Source of the DNA: Thermodesulfobacteriota bacterium
Lineage (GTDB): Bacteria > Desulfobacterota_D > UBA1144 > Nemesobacterales > Mycalebacteriaceae
Reading direction: 5' to 3'
Length of the DNA: 64,000 nt
NCBI GenBank assembly: GCA_965226585.1
Contig: OZ245366.1
Span: forward strand, 480,001-544,000
Position 1 is the stretch's first letter; each line of letters opens with the position of its first letter. The position numbers were made by a program, and so were the translations under genes. The notes beneath the pieces are model-generated. The model saw only the letters and a program-made list of their open reading frames with translations. It did no database searches and was not told where the DNA came from. Below, one piece after another: positions 40,194 to 49,083 of this stretch.

Positions 40194-40265
40194 GAGCGCG
40201 TAGCTCAGCGGGAGAGCGCTTGCCCGACACGCAAGAGGTCGCTGGTTCGATCCCAGCCGCGCTCA
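40194..40265 (+). tRNA. tRNA-Val(GAC), CCA not encoded
   Basis: GAGCGCG/CGCGCTC acceptor stem, CTTGC-CC-GAC-AC-GCAAG arm, GGTTCGATCCC T loop. Confidence 0.93.
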
Positions 40266-40279
40266 TGGAGGGAAATCTA

Positions 40280-40702
40280 TTGCTAAAGGATTACCAAGAA
40301 AGGACAGATTTTGGGTACATATTTCCCGCCAAGAGAAAGGACGGAAGTATGATTATGCTTGTCAGATTTGGAAGACATGATGGGAAGGGGTATGACTTTG
40401 AGCTACATTGTATATCTGCCGAACACCACAAGGAATGGTTAAAATTAGGACACGCACCATCAGACATTAAGACTGTTAGGCAACACGTCAGTGTTAGTCC
40501 ACATTGGGAGGACAGCAGTAAGTGGGTAGTAACTGATGTATCTGCGGATTACGACCAAAAAATTGTAGACTCAAGGGAAGATGCTTTTGCTGAGGCAATT
40601 CGTGCAATGACGGAAGATGATGACCCTATAAGGGAAAAGATTCCCGATGTTAATCACAGTATTAAATGGTGGATGGATGAAACCGCAAAGTTTGATTGGT
40701 GA
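40280..40702 (+). CDS. Hypothetical protein
   Basis: TTG start behind GGAGG just after the tRNA; no recognised motif. Confidence 0.6.
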   Translation: MLKDYQERTDFGYIFPAKRKDGSMIMLVRFGRHDGKGYDFELHCISAEHHKEWLKLGHAPSDIKTVRQHVSVSPHWEDSSKWVVTDVSADYDQKIVDSREDAFAEAIRAMTEDDDPIREKIPDVNHSIKWWMDETAKFDW

Positions 40703-40704
40703 AA

Positions 40705-41370
40705 ATGAACTCAGATCTTATAGAAGTCATCACAACTTACGCTACCAAGTCTCACGGAGACCTGAATGCCTTGTTATCTGGAAAGTCAAAAGACAACATC
40801 ACTTCTATTCTTGTTGACCTTCTCACCACTTACTACAATGACAAAAACTCATCAACTTTAAGAGAGTTTGTTCTGGTGTCCCTGAGTGGTTTTGAACAGA
40901 ACCTCGGTAAAATCGGCTATAACGGTTACAAGCATGAGAGTATTGGTAGCAAGACAAAATATTGCGAAGCGAAACCCAAGAATGTCAACACAAACGATCC
41001 GAAGCCAAAGAAGCTGAATGGCGGGGGAAACTTTACGGACTACACTTGGGCGAGACTGGAAAAAGATAAGTCGTCTAACCCAACAATGCTTGTTGGGGGC
41101 TTTATAGACGGACGCCTGATTTACATATTCAAGTTTCCTTTCAATTCAAAGGATTTTGTTGATAGGCTGGAGCACCAGTTAAAAAACAAGTTTCCTGACG
41201 GAGACGTAAGTGGATACTTTCTCAGAAGTGCTTCTTTTGGCTTAAAACACTACAAAAGTATTGCTAATTTGGATGTTGAAGTTTTTGTAAAAGAGCAAGA
41301 TTTACCTAAATATGAAAACAGCATTACAAAAGGGTTATACTCTTTCATAGAGGAGTCCTTTACCGAATAA
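40705..41370 (+). CDS. Putative type II restriction endonuclease
   Basis: GYNG...CEAKPK ExK-type motif; TAATG coupling to a DNA MTase. The function is inferred from context. Confidence 0.6.
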   Translation: MNSDLIEVITTYATKSHGDLNALLSGKSKDNITSILVDLLTTYYNDKNSSTLREFVLVSLSGFEQNLGKIGYNGYKHESIGSKTKYCEAKPKNVNTNDPKPKKLNGGGNFTDYTWARLEKDKSSNPTMLVGGFIDGRLIYIFKFPFNSKDFVDRLEHQLKNKFPDGDVSGYFLRSASFGLKHYKSIANLDVEVFVKEQDLPKYENSITKGLYSFIEESFTE

Positions 41371-42251
41371 TGGAACTCAAGCCTGAACAGTACAGAAACA
41401 AACTTATATGTGGTGATACTTTCGAGGCTTTGCGGTCAATCCCAAACGGTGTTGTAGATGTTGGTGTAACCTCTCCTCCATATAACAAGAAAGAAAAAAA
41501 CAAGGGCTGGTTGGTAAAGAATGTTGTCTACTCTGAATACAAGGACAAAGTTCCTGAAAACAAGTATCAGGCAAATCAAGTTGCTGTTTTGAACGAAATC
41601 CACCGTATAACCAAAAGCGATGGGTCTTTTTTCTATAATCACAAAATCAGGTGGGAAGATGGAGAGATGTTTCACCCTATGGATTGGTTGAGAAAGACCG
41701 ATTGGGTTGTTAAGCAAGAAATCATCTGGGATAGGACTATCGCCGCGAATATAAGAGGGTGGAGATATTGGCAAGTTGAGGAGAGGATTTACTGGCTTTA
41801 CAAGCCGATTGGTACAAACAAGAAAGGGAGAGAGCTGGCATCAAAGGATGCAAAGTTAACCTCAGTGTGGCGAGCAGTTCCTGAAAACAACAATCCTCAT
41901 CCCGCTCCTTTTCCCCTTTGGCTTCCGGCAAGGATCATCATTTCACTTTTAGAAGGTAAAAAAAGCGGTCTTGTTTTAGACCCGTATGTTGGTAGTGGCA
42001 CAACTGCGGTTGCCGCAAAATTGCTCGGCTTTGATTATCTGGGTGTGGATATTGGAGAGGAGTACATTGACTACGCTGAAGAACGTCTTGCAAATGCTGA
42101 AAGAGAAAGAAGCAAGATTATGGGTGAGCAGAGCCTTCATAAAGTCCACAAGACCTTTAAGTCCAGAAAAGAAAGGGGAGAAAATACTGGCAAATATCGT
42201 AAAGAGGAAGAATCTAACAAGCCTCTAACACTCTTTGAGCATAGGAAATAG
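41370..42251 (+). CDS. Site-specific DNA methyltransferase (SPPY, beta class)
   Basis: TSPPYN, HPAPFP, LDPYVGSGTT. Confidence 0.93.
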   Translation: MELKPEQYRNKLICGDTFEALRSIPNGVVDVGVTSPPYNKKEKNKGWLVKNVVYSEYKDKVPENKYQANQVAVLNEIHRITKSDGSFFYNHKIRWEDGEMFHPMDWLRKTDWVVKQEIIWDRTIAANIRGWRYWQVEERIYWLYKPIGTNKKGRELASKDAKLTSVWRAVPENNNPHPAPFPLWLPARIIISLLEGKKSGLVLDPYVGSGTTAVAAKLLGFDYLGVDIGEEYIDYAEERLANAERERSKIMGEQSLHKVHKTFKSRKERGENTGKYRKEEESNKPLTLFEHRK

Positions 42252-42302
42252 TGCGCTAAGTAAGGGTAATTTGCTAGGGTGGTTTTTATTTTGAGTTTGA
42301 AT

Positions 42303-42707
42303 ATGGAAGACAAAGTCCAGAAAGATTATGATTACAGGCAGGGACTTATTTCCACAGAAACCAGTCTCAGACATTCTTATGACAAATTAGTAGTTGCCAT
42401 TGCAACGGGTACGGTTTGGATAAGTGTTTTCTTTGTTGATGGTAGGGAGATGATAGTCTCAGAAAGGTTTATCTTCTGGGGCTGGTTTTTTTCAATTCTT
42501 TCCATAGTTTCCGTGTTGTTCTCAGTCTATTTAGGTATCAAAGCACACAGAAAAGCAGTTGAGCAAAGGGATAAAAACCCTAGCCAGACACACAGGCTAG
42601 GTGGAAATTTTTCGCTTTTGTCGAGCTATTTTCACAACTCTGCCTTAGCCTTTTTGATTGTCGGTATGTGTTTTATATGTGCATTTGTCTTTTTTAATAT
42701 AAGGTAG
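42303..42707 (+). CDS. Hypothetical membrane protein, about 3 TM helices
   Basis: SYDKLVVAIATG followed by three hydrophobic segments. Confidence 0.7.
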   Translation: MEDKVQKDYDYRQGLISTETSLRHSYDKLVVAIATGTVWISVFFVDGREMIVSERFIFWGWFFSILSIVSVLFSVYLGIKAHRKAVEQRDKNPSQTHRLGGNFSLLSSYFHNSALAFLIVGMCFICAFVFFNIR

Positions 42708-42722
42708 TACAATTCGGGTGGC

Positions 42723-42887
42723 ATGAAGGACGATAAACAAAATCCTCCAACTCCTACAGAGCCAGAGGAGCGTCCCACTCCTAAGCCTGTTGGGGACAAC
42801 AGAAGGGATCAGTCTTGGGAACCACCGCCACCACCCCCGTCGCCACCATCACCCCCGCCAAAAGAAAATCCTAATCAAGATGATTAG
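42723..42887 (+). CDS. Proline-rich micro-protein (54 aa)
   Basis: MKDDKQNPPTPTEPEERPTPKPVGDNRRDQSWEPPPPPPSPPSPPPKENPNQDD; CCN codons with varied third positions; below the ORF-track cutoff. Confidence 0.55.
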   Translation: MKDDKQNPPTPTEPEERPTPKPVGDNRRDQSWEPPPPPPSPPSPPPKENPNQDD

Positions 42888-42942
42888 ATGGACAGTTGGT
42901 TTTTTGACAACGCTTGTTATTTCAAAGCATATACGAACTTCA

Positions 42943-43014
42943 GGCCCCGTAGCTCAGGGGGAGAGCGTTCGCCTCACACGCGAAAGGTCGTTGGTTCAAT
43001 TCCAACCGGGGCCA
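42943..43014 (+). tRNA. tRNA-Val(CAC), CCA not encoded
   Basis: GGCCCCG/CGGGGCC acceptor stem, TTCGC-CT-CAC-AC-GCGAA arm, GGTTCAATTCC T loop; TTGACA at 42904. Confidence 0.94.
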
Positions 43015-43043
43015 AGCTAGGCTAGGATAAGAAATATAGGGGA

Positions 43044-43595
43044 TTGATTATGTTTTCTATTGTTTTTGCATCAATTGCTCTCTTGATTTCTGTTTTCACC
43101 CTTTACTTACAGTTTTTTCATCATCCGCGCAGGATCAGAGTTGTCAGCCTCGGGATACACACCCCTCACGGACAAAGGTTTGCTATATGTAATGGAGGCA
43201 AGCAAGCAGCTTATCTGGTCAGCATATCGGCAAATTATATGTTTCCGCTGAATCAAGGAACTCTTTTTTCGCCGGTTGAGAAAATACAAACGGTAAGTAC
43301 CAGTTTTATCCAACCTGATGGTTTCCTCGAATTTTTCTATCAAGATACACAAGAAAATTTTCGGAAAGCTACGGACACATACTCATCTCTTGCGAGGTCG
43401 GGTAAGGTTCAAAACAAAAGAGTGAGCATCATGATTGATGTTTCCATTTCATTTTCTGATGGCGTAATATTCTATCATCAGTTTGAATCTGCTGTGGTCT
43501 CATTCAACGACCAGCATGCTCTTCAAGCAATGTCTTACAATGAGGTTGGTCTTGATTTTTTAAAGAGTGCAAAAGAAAAAGGCTTTTCTAAGTGA
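43044..43595 (+). CDS. Hypothetical protein with N-terminal membrane anchor
   Basis: Hydrophobic first about 25 aa then a beta-rich domain; AT-rich. Confidence 0.6.
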   Translation: MIMFSIVFASIALLISVFTLYLQFFHHPRRIRVVSLGIHTPHGQRFAICNGGKQAAYLVSISANYMFPLNQGTLFSPVEKIQTVSTSFIQPDGFLEFFYQDTQENFRKATDTYSSLARSGKVQNKRVSIMIDVSISFSDGVIFYHQFESAVVSFNDQHALQAMSYNEVGLDFLKSAKEKGFSK

Positions 43596-43669
43596 AATCC
43601 GTTGAATAGTTTGGTAAAAACGGCAAGGTATGTCTCAAGTTTCTTCTGAAAACCATCGTATCTCTCACT

Positions 43670-45601
43670 ATGTCTAGTATAACAATCACAAACAAAGACA
43701 ACTCCGCCGAAATTGAATTCGGTTCAACAGTCGCGCAAGCCCTTGCCGCTCTCGGCGCGGAGAAATCCGCTATCGGGGCTACTGTCAACGGCAACCTGAT
43801 GGACTTGACGCAAACCCTTGCGGAAAACTCCGCGCTTGAACCCGTTAAACAAAACTCCCCCGAAGGGCTTGCCCTTATACGCCACACCGCCGCGCACGTT
43901 ATGGCGGAAGCGGTTCAAGGGCTCTTCCCGGATGTGAAAGTTACCATCGGTCCCGTTATTGATAACGGTTTCTATTACGATTTTGACGCTCCAACACCGT
44001 TCACACCGGAAGACCTGGAGAAGATTGAAGAAAAAATGACGGAAATAGTCTCGGAAAACAAACCGCTTGCGCGCAAGACCGTCTCACGCGAAGACGCGGT
44101 TAAAACCTTTTCGGATATGGGCGAAAACTATAAAGTGGAAATCATCCGCGACCTGCCCGAAGACGAAGACATCACGATTTACGAACAAGGCAAATGGTTC
44201 GACCTGTGCAGAGGGCCCCACGCGCCTTCAACCGGCGCGGTCAAAGCGTTCAAACTCACGTCCTCCGCCGGAGCTTACTGGCGCGGCGTTGAAACCAACC
44301 CCATGCTTCAGCGCATATACGGCACGGCTTTCCCCGACAGAAAAGAACTGAAAAAACACCTCGCCATGCTTGAAGAAGCAAAAAAACGCGACCATAGAAA
44401 ACTGGGCAAAGAACTCGACCTTTTCAGCATCCGAGACGATGTGGGTCCGGGGCTTGTTCTCTGGCATCCGAAAGGGGCGAGAGTGCGCGGAATTATTGAA
44501 GACTACTGGAGAAAAGAGCACCGCAAGGCGGGATACGACATTCTCTACACACCGCACCTTGCGCGTCTCGACCTTTGGAAAACAAGCGGACATCTGGACT
44601 TCTACTCTGAAAGCATGTTCTCGCCGTCACAAATTGACAACGCAGACTATCAGATAAAACCGATGAACTGCCCGTTTCATATCCTTATCTACAAATCCAC
44701 CGTCAGAAGCTACAGAGACCTGCCGCTTCGCTGGGCGGAAGTGGGAACGGTCTACAGATACGAACGCTCAGGCGTTCTGCACGGGCTTTTGAGAGTGAGA
44801 GGCTTTTCACAGGATGATGCCCATATATTCTGCCGCCCCGACCAGATTGCGGATGAAGTGGGAGACGTTATAGACCTTACGCTCTCATTCCTGAAAAAGT
44901 TCGGGTTTGACGATTTTGAGATATTTCTCTCCACACGCCCCGACAAGTTTGTGGGAAGCGAAGAAGACTGGGAAAGATCAACCGAAGCCATCAAATCCGT
45001 GATGGAGGACAAGGGGCTGGAGTATTCCATTGACGAAAAAGGCGGCGCGTTTTACGGGCCCAAGATAGACCTCAAGATAAAGGACGTTCTCGGAAGGTCT
45101 TGGCAGTGTTCCACCGTTCAGTTAGACTTCAACCTGCCCAAGAGGTTTGACATGGCGTTTGCGGGTGAAGATAATGCGCGCCATGTTCCGATAATGATTC
45201 ATCGCGCCATATTCGGTTCGTTTGAGAGATTTTTCGGGATTTTAGTTGAGCATTACGGCGGAGCGTTTCCGTTGTGGCTCAGCCCGGTTCAAGTCCGGGT
45301 TGCCACTGTCGGGGGCGAATACGCCGGATACGCGCAATCGGTTGTGGATGCTCTCAGGGGGAAGGGAATACGGGTTGAAGAAGACTTCAGAAACGAAAAA
45401 CTCGGCTACAAGGTTAGAGAGGCTCAAGTGATGAAGGTGCCGTACCTGCTCGTGATTGGAGAAAAGGAAGCCGCGAATTCAACCGTGGCGCCAAGAAAAT
45501 ATGGAAGTGAAAGTTTGAACCCAATGGGGATTGGCGAGTTTATAGAAGTGCTGAACACTGAAGGCGCGGAGTTTGAATCCGGCGGGGAGATGTCGCCATA
45601 A
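43670..45601 (+). CDS. thrS: Threonine--tRNA ligase
   Basis: TGS domain, HTAAH, DLCRGPH, RDHRKLG, KPMNCP, GAFYGPK. Confidence 0.98.
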   Translation: MSSITITNKDNSAEIEFGSTVAQALAALGAEKSAIGATVNGNLMDLTQTLAENSALEPVKQNSPEGLALIRHTAAHVMAEAVQGLFPDVKVTIGPVIDNGFYYDFDAPTPFTPEDLEKIEEKMTEIVSENKPLARKTVSREDAVKTFSDMGENYKVEIIRDLPEDEDITIYEQGKWFDLCRGPHAPSTGAVKAFKLTSSAGAYWRGVETNPMLQRIYGTAFPDRKELKKHLAMLEEAKKRDHRKLGKELDLFSIRDDVGPGLVLWHPKGARVRGIIEDYWRKEHRKAGYDILYTPHLARLDLWKTSGHLDFYSESMFSPSQIDNADYQIKPMNCPFHILIYKSTVRSYRDLPLRWAEVGTVYRYERSGVLHGLLRVRGFSQDDAHIFCRPDQIADEVGDVIDLTLSFLKKFGFDDFEIFLSTRPDKFVGSEEDWERSTEAIKSVMEDKGLEYSIDEKGGAFYGPKIDLKIKDVLGRSWQCSTVQLDFNLPKRFDMAFAGEDNARHVPIMIHRAIFGSFERFFGILVEHYGGAFPLWLSPVQVRVATVGGEYAGYAQSVVDALRGKGIRVEEDFRNEKLGYKVREAQVMKVPYLLVIGEKEAANSTVAPRKYGSESLNPMGIGEFIEVLNTEGAEFESGGEMSP

Positions 45602-46200
45602 GGGGACCCAGGAGAAAACCGGAAAGACGCCCCCCCGCCACACGGATAAACCGCAGGATAAGGGCTCCACAGGTGAGAGTGATTGACGAAGAAGGTAATC
45701 AGCTTGGGGTTATGGCAATAGATGACGCTCTGGCAAGGGCGGAGCAGGTTGAGCTTGACCTTGTTGAGGTCGCGCCCGAATCAAGCCCTCCCGTTTGCAG
45801 GCTTGTTGACTACGGAAAATACAAATATCTGCAGAAGAAAAACACGCGCAAGCAGAAGCCGAGCCAGGTGAAGGAAATAAACTTGAGACCGCACATAGGA
45901 CAGCACGATCTGGCAGTTAAAATGGGAAGACTGAAGAACTTTCTTCAAGACGGCTGCAAGACGAAACTGAAGGTTATGTTCAGGGGAAGAGAGTTTGCTC
46001 ATCAGAACACCGGCTTTGAACTTATCTCCTCAATAGTGGCACAAGTCTCGGATTTGGGTAAAGTAGATTCTCCGGCGAAACTTGAAGGCAGAAGCATAGT
46101 GGCTGTTCTGTCTCCCGCTTCCGGCGCGGTTAAGGCGGAAGGCACAGATAAGGCGGCGGAAAAGAAACTGCCGGAAGACGGAGCGCGGGAAGCGTCATGA
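45598..46200 (+). CDS. infC: Translation initiation factor IF-3 (ATA start)
   Basis: The frame extends upstream of 45673 through RINRRIRAPQVRVID to ATA 45598, 8 nt after GGGGAG; PPVCRLVDYGKYKY, FRGRE. Confidence 0.93.
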   Translation: MRGPRRKPERRPPATRINRRIRAPQVRVIDEEGNQLGVMAIDDALARAEQVELDLVEVAPESSPPVCRLVDYGKYKYLQKKNTRKQKPSQVKEINLRPHIGQHDLAVKMGRLKNFLQDGCKTKLKVMFRGREFAHQNTGFELISSIVAQVSDLGKVDSPAKLEGRSIVAVLSPASGAVKAEGTDKAAEKKLPEDGAREAS

Positions 46201-46397
46201 AAAACAAAATCAAAACAAACAGAAGCGCGGCGAAAAGGTTTTCTTTTACCGGCGGCGGAAAAGTGAAAATGGCAAGGGGCGGCAAATCGCACCTGAACGT
46301 CAAAAAGAACTCCAAGAGGATGAGGCGGCTCGGCTCGGCTCTCTACCTTGACGGAGCCGCGGCGAAAAAAATCGCCTCGTATATTTCGGGGAAATAA
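46197..46397 (+). CDS. rpmI: 50S ribosomal protein L35
   Basis: [21 protein letters not shown]; operon position. Confidence 0.95.
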   Translation: MKNKIKTNRSAAKRFSFTGGGKVKMARGGKSHLNVKKNSKRMRRLGSALYLDGAAAKKIASYISGK

Positions 46398-46413
46398 CAC
46401 AGGAGCAAATCAG

Positions 46414-46782
46414 ATGAGAGTAACACCGTCAGTCGCGTCACGGAACAGGCGCAAAAAACTTCTGAAACAGGCAAGGGGCTACTGGGGACGCAGGAAAAAC
46501 AACCTCAGGAAAGCCAAAGAAACTCTTCTGCGCGCTATGGCGTATTCATACCGCGACCGCCGCAACAGAAAGAGAGAGTTCAGGGCGCTGTGGATAACGC
46601 GCATAAACGCGGCGGTTAGACCCTACGGGCTTTCATACAGCCGTTTTATGGCGGAACTCAAAAAATCAGGCGTTGAACTTGACAGGAAATCCCTTTCGGA
46701 ACTCGCCATCAGAGACCCTCGCGGATTTGAGCAGATTGTCAAAAACGCGGGCGGCGATGCCTCCGCTTCCGCCGCCAACTGA
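46414..46782 (+). CDS. rplT: 50S ribosomal protein L20
   Basis: [38 protein letters not shown]; start at ATG 46414. Confidence 0.97.
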   Translation: MRVTPSVASRNRRKKLLKQARGYWGRRKNNLRKAKETLLRAMAYSYRDRRNRKREFRALWITRINAAVRPYGLSYSRFMAELKKSGVELDRKSLSELAIRDPRGFEQIVKNAGGDASASAAN

Positions 46783-46794
46783 AGGCGGCATTTT

Positions 46795-47487
46795 TCATCC
46801 AACAGTTTTTGCCCCGCCCGGCGGAAGGTCTGCGCGAAGCGGGCAGTTTTCGCAATCCGGTTTTCTTTTGTGGCAGAACAGTTTTGCCGTTCTGACTATA
46901 AGCGCGTGATACTCGCCCCACATCTCCACATCACGGGGCAGGTTTTCTTCAAACAGTTGTTGAACATCTCCGTAAGCCGCTTTTTCATCCGAAAGCCCGT
47001 GCCGCGAGGTTATCCGTTTGGTGTAGGCGTCAACAACAAAAGAGGGTTTGCCCGCCGCGTAAAGCGTTATGCTGTCCGCCGTTTCGGGGCCTATGCCTTC
47101 AAGGTTCAAAAGGGTTTCCCGCAGTTTTCCGGTTTCTTCGGCAAGAAGGGCGTCTATTTCCCCGCCGTAGTTTTGTGTTACAAAACGGGCAAAGATTTTC
47201 AGGCGTTTTGCTTTCTGATTGAAGTAGCCGCTTGGTTTTATCAACCGCGCAAGGCGGAAAAGCGGCATATCGTCAATCCCCCGGACGGTCAGTTTCGCGC
47301 TGTTTTTCAGGTTTTTTATCGCCTTCTCAACGTTTGTCCAAGCCGTGTTTTGCGTAAGGATTGCCCCCGCCACGCACTCAAACGCCGTTTCAGCGGGCCA
47401 CCAGTTCTGCCCGCCGAAGTGTGAAAACATCGCGCCGTAGATTTTTTCAAGCCTTTCGCCCGTTTTGCCCACGGCGGCAATATACAC
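46795..47487 (-). CDS. Endonuclease III-related HhH-GPD protein
   Basis: WWPA, AILTQNT, GIGPETADSI, VDAY, C-terminal Cys cluster. Confidence 0.9.
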   Translation of the reverse strand: MYIAAVGKTGERLEKIYGAMFSHFGGQNWWPAETAFECVAGAILTQNTAWTNVEKAIKNLKNSAKLTVRGIDDMPLFRLARLIKPSGYFNQKAKRLKIFARFVTQNYGGEIDALLAEETGKLRETLLNLEGIGPETADSITLYAAGKPSFVVDAYTKRITSRHGLSDEKAAYGDVQQLFEENLPRDVEMWGEYHALIVRTAKLFCHKRKPDCENCPLRADLPPGGAKTVG

Positions 47488-47556
47488 GGAAAGTGCGTCT
47501 CATCCGCCGTGTTTGTTGACAATTTCTCTGTGTGATGTTTAATCATAACTCTTTCG

Positions 47557-48651
47557 ATGAAGCACACCTCCCTTTACAGGAAACACATAGAAAACGGCGC
47601 GAAAATGACCGAATTTGCCGGCTGGGATATGCCGCTTTTCTATGAGGGAATCAGAGAGGAACACCGCGCCGCGCGCTCCTCCTGCGGCGTTTTTGACGCA
47701 AGCCACATGGGCGAAATCGAGATAACCGGAACCGGCGCGCAGGAGTTGTGCCAGCGGCTTGTTACAAATGATGTTTCGCGCATAGACGGCGGGCGCGTCC
47801 AATACAACCTGCTCTGCAACGAAGAGGGCGGCATTCTGGACGACCTTATGGTCTATAAGTTTTCCGAAGAAAGATTTGTTCTTTGCGTCAACGCCTCAAA
47901 CACGGAGAGAGACTTTGAGTGGATAGCGGAACGCGCCAAAGGTTCCGGAGCCGAAGCCAGAAACATAAGCGACTCAGTTGCCCTTGTCTCCGTGCAAGGG
48001 CCTGATTCTCCCTCAGCCGCCCGCGCCGCGCTTTCAGAAACAGGAGCGGATGTTGAACTTCCCGGCAGGTTTTCATTCACACTGCTTGACGGCGGCACGG
48101 AGGCGTTCATATCGAGAACCGGCTACACGGGAGAGGACGGTTTTGAGATATTTCTTCCGCAGAAAAACGCGCCCGCGCTCTGGGACGCGCTTGTTTCATC
48201 AGGCGCTGCAGTGTGCGGGCTCGGATGCAGAGACACGCTCAGGCTTGAGATGGGGTACACTCTTTACGGAAACGAAATATCAGAGGAGATAAACCCTTTT
48301 GAGGCGAACCTCGGCGGGTATGTGAAAATGGACAAGGGCGATTTTTGCGGCAGAAGCGCGCTTGAAAAAGTTGTGAGCGAAGGGGCAAAACGCTCTCTCT
48401 GCGGCATCACAATGGCTGAACCGGGTATTCCGCGAAGTCTTTACAAGGTGTTTTGCGGCGGCGATGAGGCGGGCTTTGTTACAAGCGGAACGATGTCGCC
48501 AAGTTTGGAAAAACCGGTCGGGCTTGTGATGATAAACTCTGCTGCGGTTGAAACGGCGCGGCGCGAAGGTGTTGAGATTCAGATTAGAAAAAACCGCAAA
48601 AAAGCGGAGATTACAGACCCGCCTTTTTACGGAAAAGACGGCAAAAAATAA
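47557..48651 (+). CDS. gcvT: Glycine cleavage aminomethyltransferase T
   Basis: FAGWDMP, FDASHMG, SRTGYTGEDGFE, RDTLRLE. Confidence 0.96.
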   Translation: MKHTSLYRKHIENGAKMTEFAGWDMPLFYEGIREEHRAARSSCGVFDASHMGEIEITGTGAQELCQRLVTNDVSRIDGGRVQYNLLCNEEGGILDDLMVYKFSEERFVLCVNASNTERDFEWIAERAKGSGAEARNISDSVALVSVQGPDSPSAARAALSETGADVELPGRFSFTLLDGGTEAFISRTGYTGEDGFEIFLPQKNAPALWDALVSSGAAVCGLGCRDTLRLEMGYTLYGNEISEEINPFEANLGGYVKMDKGDFCGRSALEKVVSEGAKRSLCGITMAEPGIPRSLYKVFCGGDEAGFVTSGTMSPSLEKPVGLVMINSAAVETARREGVEIQIRKNRKKAEITDPPFYGKDGKK

Positions 48652-48672
48652 ATTCACAGGGAGGAAACTGTT

Positions 48673-49059
48673 TTGAGCGAGCCGGAAAACTTGAAATATA
48701 CACGGGAGCACGAGTGGGCGCTGCTTGATGGCGGCGTGGTAACGGTGGGCATAACGGACTATGCCCAGCAGACACTCGGCGAGATAGTTTTTGTGGAACT
48801 GCCTTCAGAGGGAGCCGCGTTCGGGCGGGGAGATGTTTTCGGGGCGGTAGAGTCCACCAAGGCGGTTTCCGACCTGTTCTGCCCGGTTTCGGGAAAGGTG
48901 GTTGAGATAAACGAGACGCTTGTTGACTCCCCCGAAACGGTCAACGGCTCGCCTTACACGGAGGGCTGGATAATAAAGGTTTCCGTTGATGACGCTTCCC
49001 CGCTTGAAGGTCTGATGGATTCAGCCGAGTATAAGAAATTTTTGGAGACCGCCGGATAA
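48673..49059 (+). CDS. gcvH: Glycine cleavage H protein
   Basis: HEW, GITDYAQ, VESTKA lipoyl lysine. Confidence 0.97.
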   Translation: MSEPENLKYTREHEWALLDGGVVTVGITDYAQQTLGEIVFVELPSEGAAFGRGDVFGAVESTKAVSDLFCPVSGKVVEINETLVDSPETVNGSPYTEGWIIKVSVDDASPLEGLMDSAEYKKFLETAG

Positions 49060-49083
49060 GGTTTTCTCCGCGGAGTTTTTTTG

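Noticed and set aside
40220..40279. ORF-track N-terminal extension of the 160-aa ORF
   Set aside because: It overlaps tRNA-Val(GAC); a better start with an RBS lies at 40280.
42790..43020. 76-aa His/Arg-rich ORF
   Set aside because: It is an alternative frame of the Pro-rich ORF and runs through tRNA-Val(CAC).
47488..47556. Glycine riboswitch before gcvT
   Set aside because: The gap is only about 70 nt and is filled by a TTGACA promoter; no aptamer motifs.
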